NCBI GenBank assembly: GCA_963701795.1 | Contig: CAVPBB010000001.1 | Span: forward strand, 1,048,109 to 1,112,108 | DNA: 64,000 nt | Direction: 5' to 3' | From: an uncultured Chloroflexia bacterium | Lineage (GTDB): Bacteria > Chloroflexota > Ktedonobacteria > Ktedonobacterales > JADMIN01 | Part shown: positions 19,038 through 29,062 of the stretch, piece after piece | Numbering within the stretch: the stretch's first letter is position 1 | How the letters are laid out: every line of letters starts with the position of its first letter | Made by a program: the position numbers and the translations under genes | Notes under the pieces: model-generated | What the model saw: the letters and a program-made list of their open reading frames with translations, nothing else | The model's database searches: none | Told to the model about the DNA's origin: nothing

Positions 19038-20670
19038 ATGGCAAGTGAACAGGCGCCGACCATCTGGGATGACGCCGCCGACGATGAGAACGATGAACTC
19101 ATCGTCACACGCGAATCGCTCGATGGACCTGCGTCTGGCGCGGCTACGACGCCAGCGCCGCTGCGCCTCAGCGTCGAGGGCGCCGATTCTGACGCTGATA
19201 CAGGCCAAGACGCGGACACAGACCGCAGACAGCCGCCCTACGTTGCCCTCAGCGCCGCTCGCCCGCATCACCTGGGAGCGGCGCCTGACACTGCGCCAGA
19301 AGTTGGCGCGCGGCGGCGCAATCACCCTGCTCGTCTCACTTACGCTCTACCTGCTGCTTGGCGGCCCAGCCAACACCGTCGCCACGCTCGGCAGAGTCGG
19401 CGGCGCCATCTATGCGCGGCTACATCCGCCGAAGCCGCAACCCACCCTGGCTGAGCGTGGCTACACCTCGATCAAATCGCCGCCTGGCGCCTATAATCTG
19501 CCAGAGATCAGCATCGCGCCAGCCATCGGCCAGGCCAACGCCGCCTGGGCCTGCTGGTCATCCCCATTCGCACAAAACGCGCCGCGTGGCGCCTGGACAG
19601 CCATGGCCTACTACACCGCGAATAGCGGCGTCAAATGGAACCCACTGGCGCTGCCAGAGCCAGCGGCGCAAGATTGCTCGATCAGCGCCGATAGCGAGCG
19701 CTCCGCCAGCGCCCTCTTCATCCTGTCGCAGGGCCTCGCCGCTGATGGCAGTTGCATCGCGCCACTCCTCTACCTCACCAGCGACACGGGCGCCACATGG
19801 GCGCATGTTCCCTGGCCCACCGGCTCCGCCGCTGGCGCATGCCAGTTTCACACCGCGCTGCAAGGTGGCGTCATCTATATCTGGTCCATAACGCCTGTCA
19901 TTCGTGGCACGGACCCCTACGCGCCACCAACTGGCCGCCTGGTCGTCTCACGCGACGCGGGCCAGACCTGGTCGCCCGCCGACAGCGGGTTGGACGATAG
20001 CACGGGATTCGACATCATCGGCCTCCGTCCTGGTGGCCATATCCTCGCCGACATCACCAATACGCATGGCAGTGGCTATTCTACGACGCTGATGACGAGC
20101 GATGACTTCGGCGCGACCTGGCGCAGTCTCGGCGGGCTACCGGGCGCCTTCCCACAGGTATTTGTCTCGAGCAATGGCTCCGTCACCGATCACGGTGGCT
20201 GGGGTCGGCTCTACGAGCTAGCGCGTACAGTCGTCAATGGCTCACCGAGTGTGCCACCTCAGCTCTACCTTGCCACCGCCTATATCGGCCAGGGCTGGAC
20301 ATCAATCCCGTTGCCACCCCTCGTGTCTGGAACGACTACCAATGCGCAGTCGAGCCAGCCGCTCGTCATCGGCATCGGCCCAGCGGGCGTGCTCGAAGTC
20401 GAGCGCGGCATCGTCGAGACGACGAACGCGCAGTTGAGTCCTGCGCGCCGATTCTGGGTCTGGAATCCGCTGCAAAGCGAGTGGCTGCTCGATCCGCAGG
20501 CTGTTCCGGGCAACCTCGAATTGCAGGGCGCTTCCTGGAGCGCAGGCAATCAGATCTTCTGGATGACGACCTTGCAGCTTGGCGTCCCACCAGTGCTGCA
20601 GATTTACACGAAGACCTACCCGGCCAACTTGTTGGGTCAGATCGAGTGGAGCGGCGCTACAGGGACATGA
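19038..20670 (+). pseudogene. membrane-anchored BNR/Asp-box repeat protein; the N-terminal acidic region is in a different frame (apparent +1 break near 19240..19275)
   Basis: Asp-box motifs 'SDTGATW', 'SRDAGQTW', 'SDDFGATW' and one TM segment lie in the frame of ORF 19000..20670. A natural-looking acidic N-terminus 'MASEQAPTIWDDAADDENDELIV' with an RBS lies in the frame of ORF 18876..19454. Alternative reading: an independent TTG start at 19243. Confidence 0.55.
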
Positions 20671-20862
20671 CTCGCTTCGGTGTCCGCGCGCTTGCCGCAG
20701 GATCAGTGATAGCCATGAAGATACGGCGCGGGGGAGCGCGAGAAGGCGCATATGATATAGTGGCCTGGGTTTCATGCGACGCTCCGGCCAATCGGCGAAG
20801 GCGCGGCGCCACTCGCATGAGGCGCATATGACCGAGAAGATTCGAGCGAGCGAGGCGAACGC

Positions 20863-22143
20863 ATGACAGGGGCGACTGAAGGCGCGCGACGATATGATGT
20901 TCTGGTGGTGGGCGGTGGCCCTGCTGGTCTGAGCGCAGCCGAGGCTGCGGCGCGAACCGGCGCGCGGGTCGCCGTGCTGGAGCGCCGCAAAGAGATCGGC
21001 TACCCGGTGCATACCAGCGGTGGGAGCTGGATCAGCGATATGCGCGCCATCGGCATCCCCGCTGATCTGTACTATCCCATCCGTGGTGTCACCTTCCTCT
21101 CGCCCAACCGCTCGGCGCAGTTCGACTACGCTGACCCTGTCTGCTGCGTCCTCGATGTACGCGGCGTCTATCAATTCCTCGCCGGACGTGCCATCGCCGC
21201 AGGCGCCGAGGTACACCCAAACTCTCCCGTCGAGAGTCCGATCGTTGAGGATGGGCGCGTCGTCGGCGTCATCGCCAAGGACCACCGCAATCGCGCCAGC
21301 GAATGGCGCGCCAACGTCGTGATTGACGCCAGCGGCTTTTCGAGTACGCTCGTGACACGGGCTGGCCTGCGTAGCGGCTTCAAGCGGTATGGGTACGGCG
21401 CCGAATTTGATCTTGTCGCGCCTCATTACGACCAGAACATGCTCTATCTCATCATGGGCAGCCAGGTCGCGCCGTCAGGCTACGCCTGGGCGTTCCCGCG
21501 TGGCAAGGGTCGTGTGCGGCTGGGGGTCGGCGTCATTCGCCCGGATGTCACCGCTGATGCGCGCGAATATCTCGACAGCTTCACCCAGCGCCTGCCACAA
21601 CTTGCCGACGCCTTCAAAGGCGCCAGCCCCATCGAGTACCACACCGGCCTCTTCCCCTCAGAGGGCGCCGTCGAGAAGTTCGTCGGCGACGGGTTGATCG
21701 CGACGGGAGACTCAGCCGGTCAAGGCTCCACGCTGGTCGGCGAAGGCATCCGCTTTGCCATCTACAGTGGGCAGATGGCTGGCGCTGTCGCGGCGGAGGC
21801 TACCAAAGCAGGCGATACATCCAGCCAGTTCCTCAGCCGCTACGAGCGCGAGTGGCGCGCCCGCTTTGGCCGCGAGATGGACATCTCATACATCGTCAAC
21901 CAGCGCATCGCCCAGTGGAGCGACGAGCAATGGGATGAGGGTATCGAACTGCTCACCCGTGTCACTCCCGCGCAGGCGGCGGAACTGCTGCGCGGCCAGT
22001 ACAGCGTCGGACTCTTCCTGAGCGTGCTGCGCCGCAACCCCGGCCTGCTCCGCACCGGAGCGCGCAAGTTCTTCGACATCGCCATGCAGCGGCTGGGTCG
22101 CTCCACCCCACTCACCGATGCGGAAGTCAGCGCCAGCGCCTGA
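20863..22143 (+). CDS. geranylgeranyl reductase family FAD-dependent oxidoreductase
   Basis: 'YDVLVVGGGPAGLSAAEAAARTGARVAVLER' dinucleotide fold. Length and internal motifs are typical of the GGR family. Confidence 0.8.
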   Translation: MTGATEGARRYDVLVVGGGPAGLSAAEAAARTGARVAVLERRKEIGYPVHTSGGSWISDMRAIGIPADLYYPIRGVTFLSPNRSAQFDYADPVCCVLDVRGVYQFLAGRAIAAGAEVHPNSPVESPIVEDGRVVGVIAKDHRNRASEWRANVVIDASGFSSTLVTRAGLRSGFKRYGYGAEFDLVAPHYDQNMLYLIMGSQVAPSGYAWAFPRGKGRVRLGVGVIRPDVTADAREYLDSFTQRLPQLADAFKGASPIEYHTGLFPSEGAVEKFVGDGLIATGDSAGQGSTLVGEGIRFAIYSGQMAGAVAAEATKAGDTSSQFLSRYEREWRARFGREMDISYIVNQRIAQWSDEQWDEGIELLTRVTPAQAAELLRGQYSVGLFLSVLRRNPGLLRTGARKFFDIAMQRLGRSTPLTDAEVSASA

Positions 22144-22198
22144 CACCGCGCGCCAATCAATCCATCCGCGCGGGGCTTTCGCCCGCATTGGCATGTCG

Positions 22199-23083
22199 TC
22201 AGTCGTCGAGGTACGACCCCAGCAGCAACGAGTAGCGAGCGCGCAGCTCTGGCGTCATCAGCGCGCGCTCCGTCATCACGGCATGCGCCAGCGCCGACGC
22301 GCAGCCACAGGTCGCGGCGGCGCGGTCGGCGGGCAGCGTCCGCGCCACCTCGCGGATGATGCGCTGGGCATTCGCCAGATTGCGCGCGATATTGGTCATC
22401 ACCATCTCCACCGTCACCGGCTGTTCGCTCTCACGCCAGACATCGTAATCGGTGACACAGGCGATGGTCGCATAGCACAATTCCGCCTCGCGCGCCAGCT
22501 TCGCCTCTGGCGCCGCCGTCATGCCGATGATGTCGCAGCCCCACTGGCGATACACCCGCGACTCCGCCTTTGTCGAGAACTGTGGCCCCTCGATGCACAA
22601 ATACACGCCGCCGCGATGAAAGGTAATGTCTCTCTGCGCGTCCATTGCGCTGGCAAGGCGCCCGCTCAAATCGGCGCAAAACGGCTCGGCGAATCCGACG
22701 TGCGCGACGATACCGCCCTCGAAAAAGGTTGCTGGGCGCGCCTTCGTCCGGTCGAAGAGTTGATCGGGGATCACGAGATCGAGCGGCGCGTAGTCCTCGC
22801 GCAGGCTACCCACCGCGCTCACCGAGATGATGCGCTCGACGCCGACACTCTTGAGGGCGTAGATGTTCGCGCGTGCGGGAACTTCCTTCGGGCTGAGCCG
22901 ATGGCCAGCGCCATGCCGCGGCAGGAACGCAATGGCGACGCCATCCAGTTCGCCGATGGTGATCGCATCGCTCGGCGCGCCGAACGGGGTGGTCAGCTCC
23001 ACACGCTCCATCTGCGACAGCCCTGGCATGGCGTAAAGCCCACTCCCACCGATGACACCGAGCCGCGCAGTTCGCGTCGCCAT
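22199..23083 (-). CDS. mtnP: S-methyl-5'-thioadenosine phosphorylase
   Basis: 'LGVIGGSGLY...TPFGAPSD...FLPRHGAGHRLSP...NIYALKSVGVERIISVSAVGSL'. ATG at 23083, with an AGGAG RBS 9 nt upstream. Confidence 0.9.
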   Translation of the reverse strand: MATRTARLGVIGGSGLYAMPGLSQMERVELTTPFGAPSDAITIGELDGVAIAFLPRHGAGHRLSPKEVPARANIYALKSVGVERIISVSAVGSLREDYAPLDLVIPDQLFDRTKARPATFFEGGIVAHVGFAEPFCADLSGRLASAMDAQRDITFHRGGVYLCIEGPQFSTKAESRVYRQWGCDIIGMTAAPEAKLAREAELCYATIACVTDYDVWRESEQPVTVEMVMTNIARNLANAQRIIREVARTLPADRAAATCGCASALAHAVMTERALMTPELRARYSLLLGSYLDD

Positions 23084-23144
23084 GCTGCTGTCTCCTGAGC
23101 CGCTCGCCACGCCCGTTCCGAGCCAACCACGCCCGCGCTAGCGG

Positions 23145-24587
23145 CTACCTGCTCGTCACGTGGCTCCTGCCGCCTGTCACTTCGCCAGAGGGCCGCACGA
23201 CGAAGCGTACCTGCACAATCTGGTCGCCACCATTCGAGCGTACGGCGACATGACAGACATACGGGCCAACCGCCAGTCCAGTCGCGTCGATGCGCACATT
23301 CAACTTTGAGGCGCTCTGGTTGAACTGACGCGGCTCAACGGAGAGCGCCGGGATGTTTGTCTCAGTCCGACCACTCAGCGCGCCACCACCCCTGTTGGCG
23401 ATCTCCAACTGCTGCGTCGCTACCTGATTGACGAGGATGTAGCCAGCGTCCATGCGCAGAGGCCACACATACAGGCGCGGCGGCAGCGAAGACTGCCCCG
23501 ACTTGCGCGACACCGATGGCCCGGTTGGCGAGTAAGGAGCGTGAGGCGCGGCTGGCGGGCGCATGCCATAGACGCCCGCAGGCGAGCTGGCCGGCACGCC
23601 GGTCAGGCGATGCCCGCCACCGCTCGCCACGCCAGCGGAGTGCGACTGGGATTGCCGACGCGCCCACTCCAACCCTTCGCGCATCTCCTCCGCGTTGCGG
23701 AAACGGTCCTGGGGTTGCAGGTTCAGCGCCTTCAGGATCACACGCTCGACCACCTCTGGCGTCCGTGGATTCAGCTCGCGAATGGACTTCAGATTGTGTC
23801 CAGCCATGCGTAGCGGCGCCGCCTCTGGCACGCGCCCCGTCAGCAAATGATAGAGCGACGCGCCCAATGCGTATATGTCGGAGCGCGGCTCAGAGCGGGA
23901 GCTATATTGCTCCAGCGGAGCGTAGCCATCGGTGCCTAGCTGCATCGTATCCTTCATCCGCATGGGATGCAGCCAGCGCGCAATGCCGAAATCAATCAGC
24001 TTGACACTGCCGTCGGGCGACAGCATCACGTTGGCAGGCTTTAAATCGCGATAGATGATTGGCGGCGTGCGTGAATGCAGGTAGCTGAGCGTATCGGCCA
24101 GCGCCATGCCCCACACCGTCACCTCGTCCCAATCCAACGCCTCGCGACGATATTGCACGAGTTCGTCTTCGAGGTTATGACCCGGCACAAACTCCATGAC
24201 CAGATAGTATTTGTTCCCTTCGAGGAAGAGGTCAAAGACATGCGCCAGGGTCGGGTGATCGAGCGACTGGAGCATGCGCGACTCGCGGAAGAAGTCGTTG
24301 ATCGCCTGCTGTCGTTTCTCAGGCTCGATCTGCGACTCACTCATCTCCTTGATGGCGCGCTCAGCGTCGTTCTGATAGGTATCATGCGCAAGATATACGG
24401 CGCTCTGCCCACCCTGCGCGATCTTGCGGATAATCGCATAGCGGTTGACCAGCAGGTGCAGTGAAGGTAGCAGCCCGGTAGACATGCGTGGGTGCGCGGC
24501 AACGAGCGAGGCGCCACAACCTGGACAGAATCGCGCGCCACCCGGAGCCTCGGTCCCGCATTTGGGACAACGCAGCTTCGCCTCCAT
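23145..24587 (-). CDS. Ser/Thr protein kinase with N-terminal zinc ribbon and C-terminal beta-rich domain
   Basis: 'CPKCGTEAPGGARFCPGCG' zinc ribbon. Hanks motifs 'AIKEM', 'YRDLKPANVML', 'DFGIAR', 'GTDGYAPLEQ'. No TM segment was seen. Confidence 0.9.
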   Translation of the reverse strand: MEAKLRCPKCGTEAPGGARFCPGCGASLVAAHPRMSTGLLPSLHLLVNRYAIIRKIAQGGQSAVYLAHDTYQNDAERAIKEMSESQIEPEKRQQAINDFFRESRMLQSLDHPTLAHVFDLFLEGNKYYLVMEFVPGHNLEDELVQYRREALDWDEVTVWGMALADTLSYLHSRTPPIIYRDLKPANVMLSPDGSVKLIDFGIARWLHPMRMKDTMQLGTDGYAPLEQYSSRSEPRSDIYALGASLYHLLTGRVPEAAPLRMAGHNLKSIRELNPRTPEVVERVILKALNLQPQDRFRNAEEMREGLEWARRQSQSHSAGVASGGGHRLTGVPASSPAGVYGMRPPAAPHAPYSPTGPSVSRKSGQSSLPPRLYVWPLRMDAGYILVNQVATQQLEIANRGGGALSGRTETNIPALSVEPRQFNQSASKLNVRIDATGLAVGPYVCHVAVRSNGGDQIVQVRFVVRPSGEVTGGRSHVTSR

Positions 24588-24724
24588 GGACACATACCCA
24601 CCTTATGCCGAGGCGTCTCCGCACGCTTGACGCCAGACCCCATGCACGCGGCCATTGTAACATAGTATGATAGCCGCCACACATCGGGCGGACTTGAGCG
24701 AGCAAAAGTACCTCAGCGCCAGTC

Positions 24725-25876
24725 TCACTCTACATGCGCGCCTGCGCGCGGCGAGCGCGCCTCGCGAGTGCGCAACTGACCGCAGGCGGCGGCGATATCG
24801 TCGCCGCGCTCCGCACGCACGCTGCTCGAAACGCCCCCCGCTCGCAGCAGGTCACGGAACGCGCGAATGCGCTCGCCACTCGGCGGCTGATAGCCTGCGG
24901 CAGTCTTGTTGACCGGGATGAGATTGACATGCCCAAGCTGCTCCAGCGGCGCGAGCAACGCCGCTAGCTCACGCGCGTGTTCGTCTGCGTCGTTGACCCC
25001 CGCCAGCAGCACATACTCAAACGTCACCTGCCGTCCAGCGCGCTCGGTGTAGGCGCGCGCCGCCGCCAGCACCTGCTCGATGGGATACTTGCGCGTCACT
25101 GGCATCGTCCGCAGTCGCATCTCGTTATTCGGCGCATGCAGCGAGATGGCCAGGTTGATCTGGAGTGGCTCCTCAGCCAGCCGCAAGATGCCTGGAACCA
25201 GGCCGACCGTTGAGACGGTCATGTGCCGCGCGCCGATCCGTAACCCCTCCGGCATGTTGAGGATGCGCAGCGCCTTGAGGGTATTGTCGTAGTTGTGCAA
25301 TGGTTCGCCCATCCCCATGAAGACGAGATTCGTCACCCGATCGATCTGCTGGCCATCCGGCGCGACCCATGGGCGCTCGCGCAACTCACGCGCGAAGTAG
25401 AGTACCTGCGCCACGATCTCGCCAGCGCTCATGTGACGCTCGAAACCCATCTGCCCCGTCGCGCAGAAGGTGCAGCCGTAGGCGCAGCCCGCCTGGGTTG
25501 AGACGCAGACCGTCGCCCGCGCGCGCCCCTCCTTGCTCGCGGGATACAGCATCAGCACTGACTCGATCAGCCGCCCATCGCGCAGTTCCAGCAGCAGCTT
25601 GCGTGTGCGGCCATCCTTCGCGGCGACCAGCGCCCGCGTCTGAGGGCTAGCGATGGTCGCCTGGCTGGCCAGCCGCTCTCGCAGCGGCGCTGGCAGTGTG
25701 AGCATGTCATCGAACGTGGGCGTCAGCGTATGGTAGATCGCGTCGCTGAGTTGCTTCGCGCGGTATGTCGGCTCGCCACGCTCCACCAGCCACGCTTGTA
25801 GCTCGTCGAACGTCAGGCCAAGCAGATCCGTGTGGTCAACCGACGCTGCTGCGCCGTCGAGGGTCGTTTGCTGCAT
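24725..25876 (-). CDS. rlmN: 23S rRNA/tRNA (adenine-C2)-methyltransferase RlmN (radical SAM)
   Basis: 'CVSTQAGCAYGCTFCATGQMGFERHMSAGEIV' and C-terminal 'DIAAACGQL'. Start trimmed to the ATG at 25876. Confidence 0.9.
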   Translation of the reverse strand: MQQTTLDGAAASVDHTDLLGLTFDELQAWLVERGEPTYRAKQLSDAIYHTLTPTFDDMLTLPAPLRERLASQATIASPQTRALVAAKDGRTRKLLLELRDGRLIESVLMLYPASKEGRARATVCVSTQAGCAYGCTFCATGQMGFERHMSAGEIVAQVLYFARELRERPWVAPDGQQIDRVTNLVFMGMGEPLHNYDNTLKALRILNMPEGLRIGARHMTVSTVGLVPGILRLAEEPLQINLAISLHAPNNEMRLRTMPVTRKYPIEQVLAAARAYTERAGRQVTFEYVLLAGVNDADEHARELAALLAPLEQLGHVNLIPVNKTAAGYQPPSGERIRAFRDLLRAGGVSSSVRAERGDDIAAACGQLRTREARSPRAGAHVE

Positions 25877-25916
25877 GATGATGTGGGTAATGGCCGTTTC
25901 TCTACAAGCTCGCCGT

Positions 25917-26978
25917 TTACACGCCCAGCGTCGCATGCGCCAGCGCCGGATATCCGCGCAGCGCATCTGCGCCAGAAACCGCGCGTTTACCCTCTAATTG
26001 TATCACTTTCAACACCAGCGCCCCGTCGCCACACGCGCACGCCAACGCGCCTCGTGGATCGCCCGCAGCCAGCGGATAGCAGGCTCCCGGCGGCAGCGCG
26101 GTCTCGCGCGCGATGGGCGCCACCTCTGGCGTCTTCAGCAACTTACCCTCCCACGTAGTGAACGCCCCTGGCCACGGCGTCACAGAGCGCGCCAGCCGGG
26201 CCAGGTCCGCCGCTGGCTGGCGCCAGTCGAGCCGCCCATCCTCCTTGCGCAGCGGTCGCGTCATCGTCGCCAGCGCATCGTCCTGTGGCGTCGCTACGCT
26301 GGCGCCGACGAGCCAGCCGGGCAACGTCTCCAGCAGCAGATCGGCTCCCAGCTTGCTCAACCGATCGGTCAGCGCGCCGGTCGTCTCATCCGCGCCGATG
26401 GGCGTGGCGCGTGTGGCGATGATGGCGCCAGTGTCCAGCCCCTCCTCCATCCGCATGATCGTCACGCCCGCCTCGGCGTCGCCCGCGCGAATCGCTGCGG
26501 CGATGGGCGCCGCGCCGCGCCAGCGAGGCAGCAGCGAGGCATGCACATTCAGGCAGCCACGCTGGGGCAGATCAAGTGTCTCACGCGGCAAGATTTGCCC
26601 GAAGGCTGCCACGACGATCAGGTCAGGCGCCAGCTCTCGCAGCGTCGCCCGCGCTTCGGGCCGACGCAGTGGGCCAGGCTGGATCACCAGCAGCCCGGCG
26701 TCCAGCGCGCGCTGCTTGACCGGACTGTAGACCAGGCGCCGACCGCGCCCCGCTGGTTTGTCTGGCCGTGTCACGACGCCCACCAGCGACAGTCCGTCAA
26801 GCCACACGCGCCCGGCAGCCGCGCCATCAATCAACGCCTGGAGCGAAGGGACCGCGAACTCTGGCGTCCCCATGAAGATGACCCGCATGGGTCGGCCTGT
26901 CGCGCTCGCCGCGCCATCATTCGCCATCTGCGCCACTCTCCCCCTGAATGCTGCCTGCCCACGCGGCGTCGCGCTCAT
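25917..26978 (-). CDS. fmt: methionyl-tRNA formyltransferase
   Basis: 'MRVIFMGTPEFAVPSLQAL', 'NVHASLLPRWRGAAPI'. The start is uncertain: the ATG at 26978 follows GGGAGGA, and the alternative ATG at 26888 gives a canonical length. Confidence 0.9.
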   Translation of the reverse strand: MSATPRGQAAFRGRVAQMANDGAASATGRPMRVIFMGTPEFAVPSLQALIDGAAAGRVWLDGLSLVGVVTRPDKPAGRGRRLVYSPVKQRALDAGLLVIQPGPLRRPEARATLRELAPDLIVVAAFGQILPRETLDLPQRGCLNVHASLLPRWRGAAPIAAAIRAGDAEAGVTIMRMEEGLDTGAIIATRATPIGADETTGALTDRLSKLGADLLLETLPGWLVGASVATPQDDALATMTRPLRKEDGRLDWRQPAADLARLARSVTPWPGAFTTWEGKLLKTPEVAPIARETALPPGACYPLAAGDPRGALACACGDGALVLKVIQLEGKRAVSGADALRGYPALAHATLGV

Positions 26979-27109
26979 ACATCCTCCCGTTTTCTCACGC
27001 GAGCGGGTCGGGCGGGAATAGTCATGAACGCACGCCACGGCGCATTGTATACTCATGGCGTCATGCCCGGCGTCAAACGTGAGTGAGGACGAGCGATGGA
27101 GCAGCCACG

Positions 27110-27571
27110 ATGCCCGCGACAGAGGACACCCCAAGCCGCGATAGCTTGCTGATGGAGGCTCGTCGCGCCGCCGAGCGGGCGTATGCCCCCTACTCGAGAT
27201 TTCGCGTCGGCGCGGCTGTCGTCGTCGCGACTCCCGCTGGCCCGCAGATCGTCACGGGCGCCAACGTCGAGAACGCTTCCTATGGCCTCACACTCTGCGC
27301 TGAGCGCTCGGCGCTGGCGTCGGCTTGCGCGCTGCCACGGCTCACCTCCGCCCCAACGATCACTCACATCGCCGTCGCCTGCATCGACGCGGGCGCCGAC
27401 GCTGCGGCGAGTGAGCGCATGCCCTGCGGCGCCTGCCTCCAGTGGTTCGCCGAGCTGGCGCCCGATGCGACCATCTCTGTGGATGGCGTCGCGGCTGACT
27501 TCACCCTCCTTGATCTACTGCCGCATGCGTTCCGACTCCGCCAGACGTCGCCAGACGCCAGCGCAGAATAG
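27110..27571 (+). CDS. cdd: cytidine deaminase
   Basis: 'YAPYSRFRVGAAV', 'CAERSAL', 'PCGACLQWFAE' zinc-binding motifs. Confidence 0.85.
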   Translation: MPATEDTPSRDSLLMEARRAAERAYAPYSRFRVGAAVVVATPAGPQIVTGANVENASYGLTLCAERSALASACALPRLTSAPTITHIAVACIDAGADAAASERMPCGACLQWFAELAPDATISVDGVAADFTLLDLLPHAFRLRQTSPDASAE

Positions 27572-27791
27572 CCCATCTGGGTAGCGTGTGATACCTTCCG
27601 GGCAGCCCAGTTTCTCGCGATGAAATCTCAGGATTCAACGCGCCTCGGCCCAGTCGCGCCATGCGACGCCGCGCCCGCATGCGCTCGCGTCTGTTTCCGT
27701 CGCCTGCGCGGTCTGGCATACTTGGTGACGTGGAGAACAATCGAGGGCGTGAGAGCGCGCGCAAAAAGATGGATGCCGCGGAGGGAGCAGT

Positions 27792-28989
27792 ATGCTGGCG
27801 CAAGACCGCAAGACCCCAAACCCTGGCAAGCGTTCACGGAAGACCACTGCCGAGAAGACTGCGCCTACCGTGATCATTGCCACCGCTCCAGATCAGCCAG
27901 ACCAACCAGATCAGTTCGACCAGCTAGATCAGGCAGGTTCAGCCAAACCCTCCCACATCTACCCGGCGGACAGGCGCGGCCAACCGCAGGCGTGGGGTCA
28001 CGACCGCGCGCCCCATCAGCCAGGCGGATCGGCGTCTCGTCGAGCAGGCGACCTGGATGGTCAATGCGATGCCCGTGCTGGGTGAGGCGCCCACTCCGCC
28101 AGCAGTCATCGAGCACGCGGCGCCGCCCGCGACACTGGCCGATGATGAATCGCCCAGCGCCGTCACCATCGTCGATGGCGACGCGACGAGTAGCATGGTC
28201 GCGATGCGCATCGCGCCACCACCGCGCAAGAAGCGCCATTGGGCGAGTGGCGTGGTCATTCTCACGCTCATCGCGGCGGTTACATTGACCGCTATCGCCA
28301 CCGTCACCCCGCTTGCGACCGGGCATACCACCGGAATCGCCGTCCACGCCGCAGGCCCTCTTGGCCTGCCCATCGCGCTCGACGCAGCCAATAGCGCGCC
28401 CAGCGGACAGTGGGTGGCCATGATCGGCACGCAGCCCAACGAAGATGTCGGCGGTGGCGCAGGGCCAGGCGTGAAGGCGCCCGGTAGCGCGGGCCTACCA
28501 GTGAAGAGCGTCGAAGTCGTGGTGAACACGGGCGCGCCACCCGCGAGCGTCGCTGGCGCCATCTCCGCGCCACCCGTCTCGCCCTGGCCGCCATCCTGGG
28601 CCTATTTAGCCGTGCCGGGCTACTCCGCATTTGGCATGAGCGACGTCGGGGGATACTACAACTGGGCGTTCGGCCAATGCACCTGGTGGGCGCAGTATGA
28701 GCGCAGAGACGAAAACCTCATGCACATGGGCAACGCGCAGTACTGGGCAGGCGGCGCCGCCTCGCGCGGCTATCAGGTCGGCTCGACGCCACGCGTCGGC
28801 GCCACGGTGGTCTTCCAGCCGGGCGTGCAGGGAGCGGGCGGCGCTGGCCACGTCGCGCACGTCGTCAAAGTCTACCCTGACAACTGGTTCCTCGTCTCCG
28901 AGATGAACTTCTATTGGAATGGTGGTGGCTGGGGTCGCGTAGACTACCGCTTCGCCCACGCAGGCTCCGGCGTCCAGTTCATCTATTGA
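27792..28989 (+). pseudogene. membrane-anchored CHAP-domain (NlpC/P60-like amidase) protein; the N-terminus is in another frame (apparent +1 break at 27928..27965)
   Basis: The ATG at 27792 has a strong GGAGGGAG RBS and encodes 'MLAQDRKTPNPGKRSRK...DQPDQPDQFDQLDQ'. The CHAP frame (ORF 28057..28989; 'GQCTWWAQY...GHVAHVV') is open with high GC3 from 27928, about 130 nt before its first possible start codon. Confidence 0.6.
27891..27935 (+). repeat. imperfect 9-nt tandem repeat x5 (GATCAGCCA-like) encoding (DQx)5
   Basis: gatcagcca gaccaacca gatcagttc gaccagcta gatcaggca, immediately upstream of the frame break. Confidence 0.85.
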
Positions 28990-29005
28990 GCGGCGGCTGC
29001 CGACT

Positions 29006-29051
29006 GACCAGGCGCCTCGTCCGCGTTCTCAACGTGGGCGGGCGCCTGGTC
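29006..29051. terminator. 11-bp inverted repeat GACCAGGCGCC...GGCGCCTGGTC (24-nt spacer) between convergent genes
   Basis: Read directly, between the CHAP stop (28989, +) and the oxidoreductase stop (29063, -). Confidence 0.35.
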
Positions 29052-29062
29052 GCGCTCCATCG

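Noticed and set aside
20302-21426. 374-aa minus-strand ORF spanning the BNR gene end, the spacer and the start of the reductase gene.
   Set aside because: It overlaps two well-supported plus-strand genes, shows junk-like composition and has no RBS. It is a shadow ORF.
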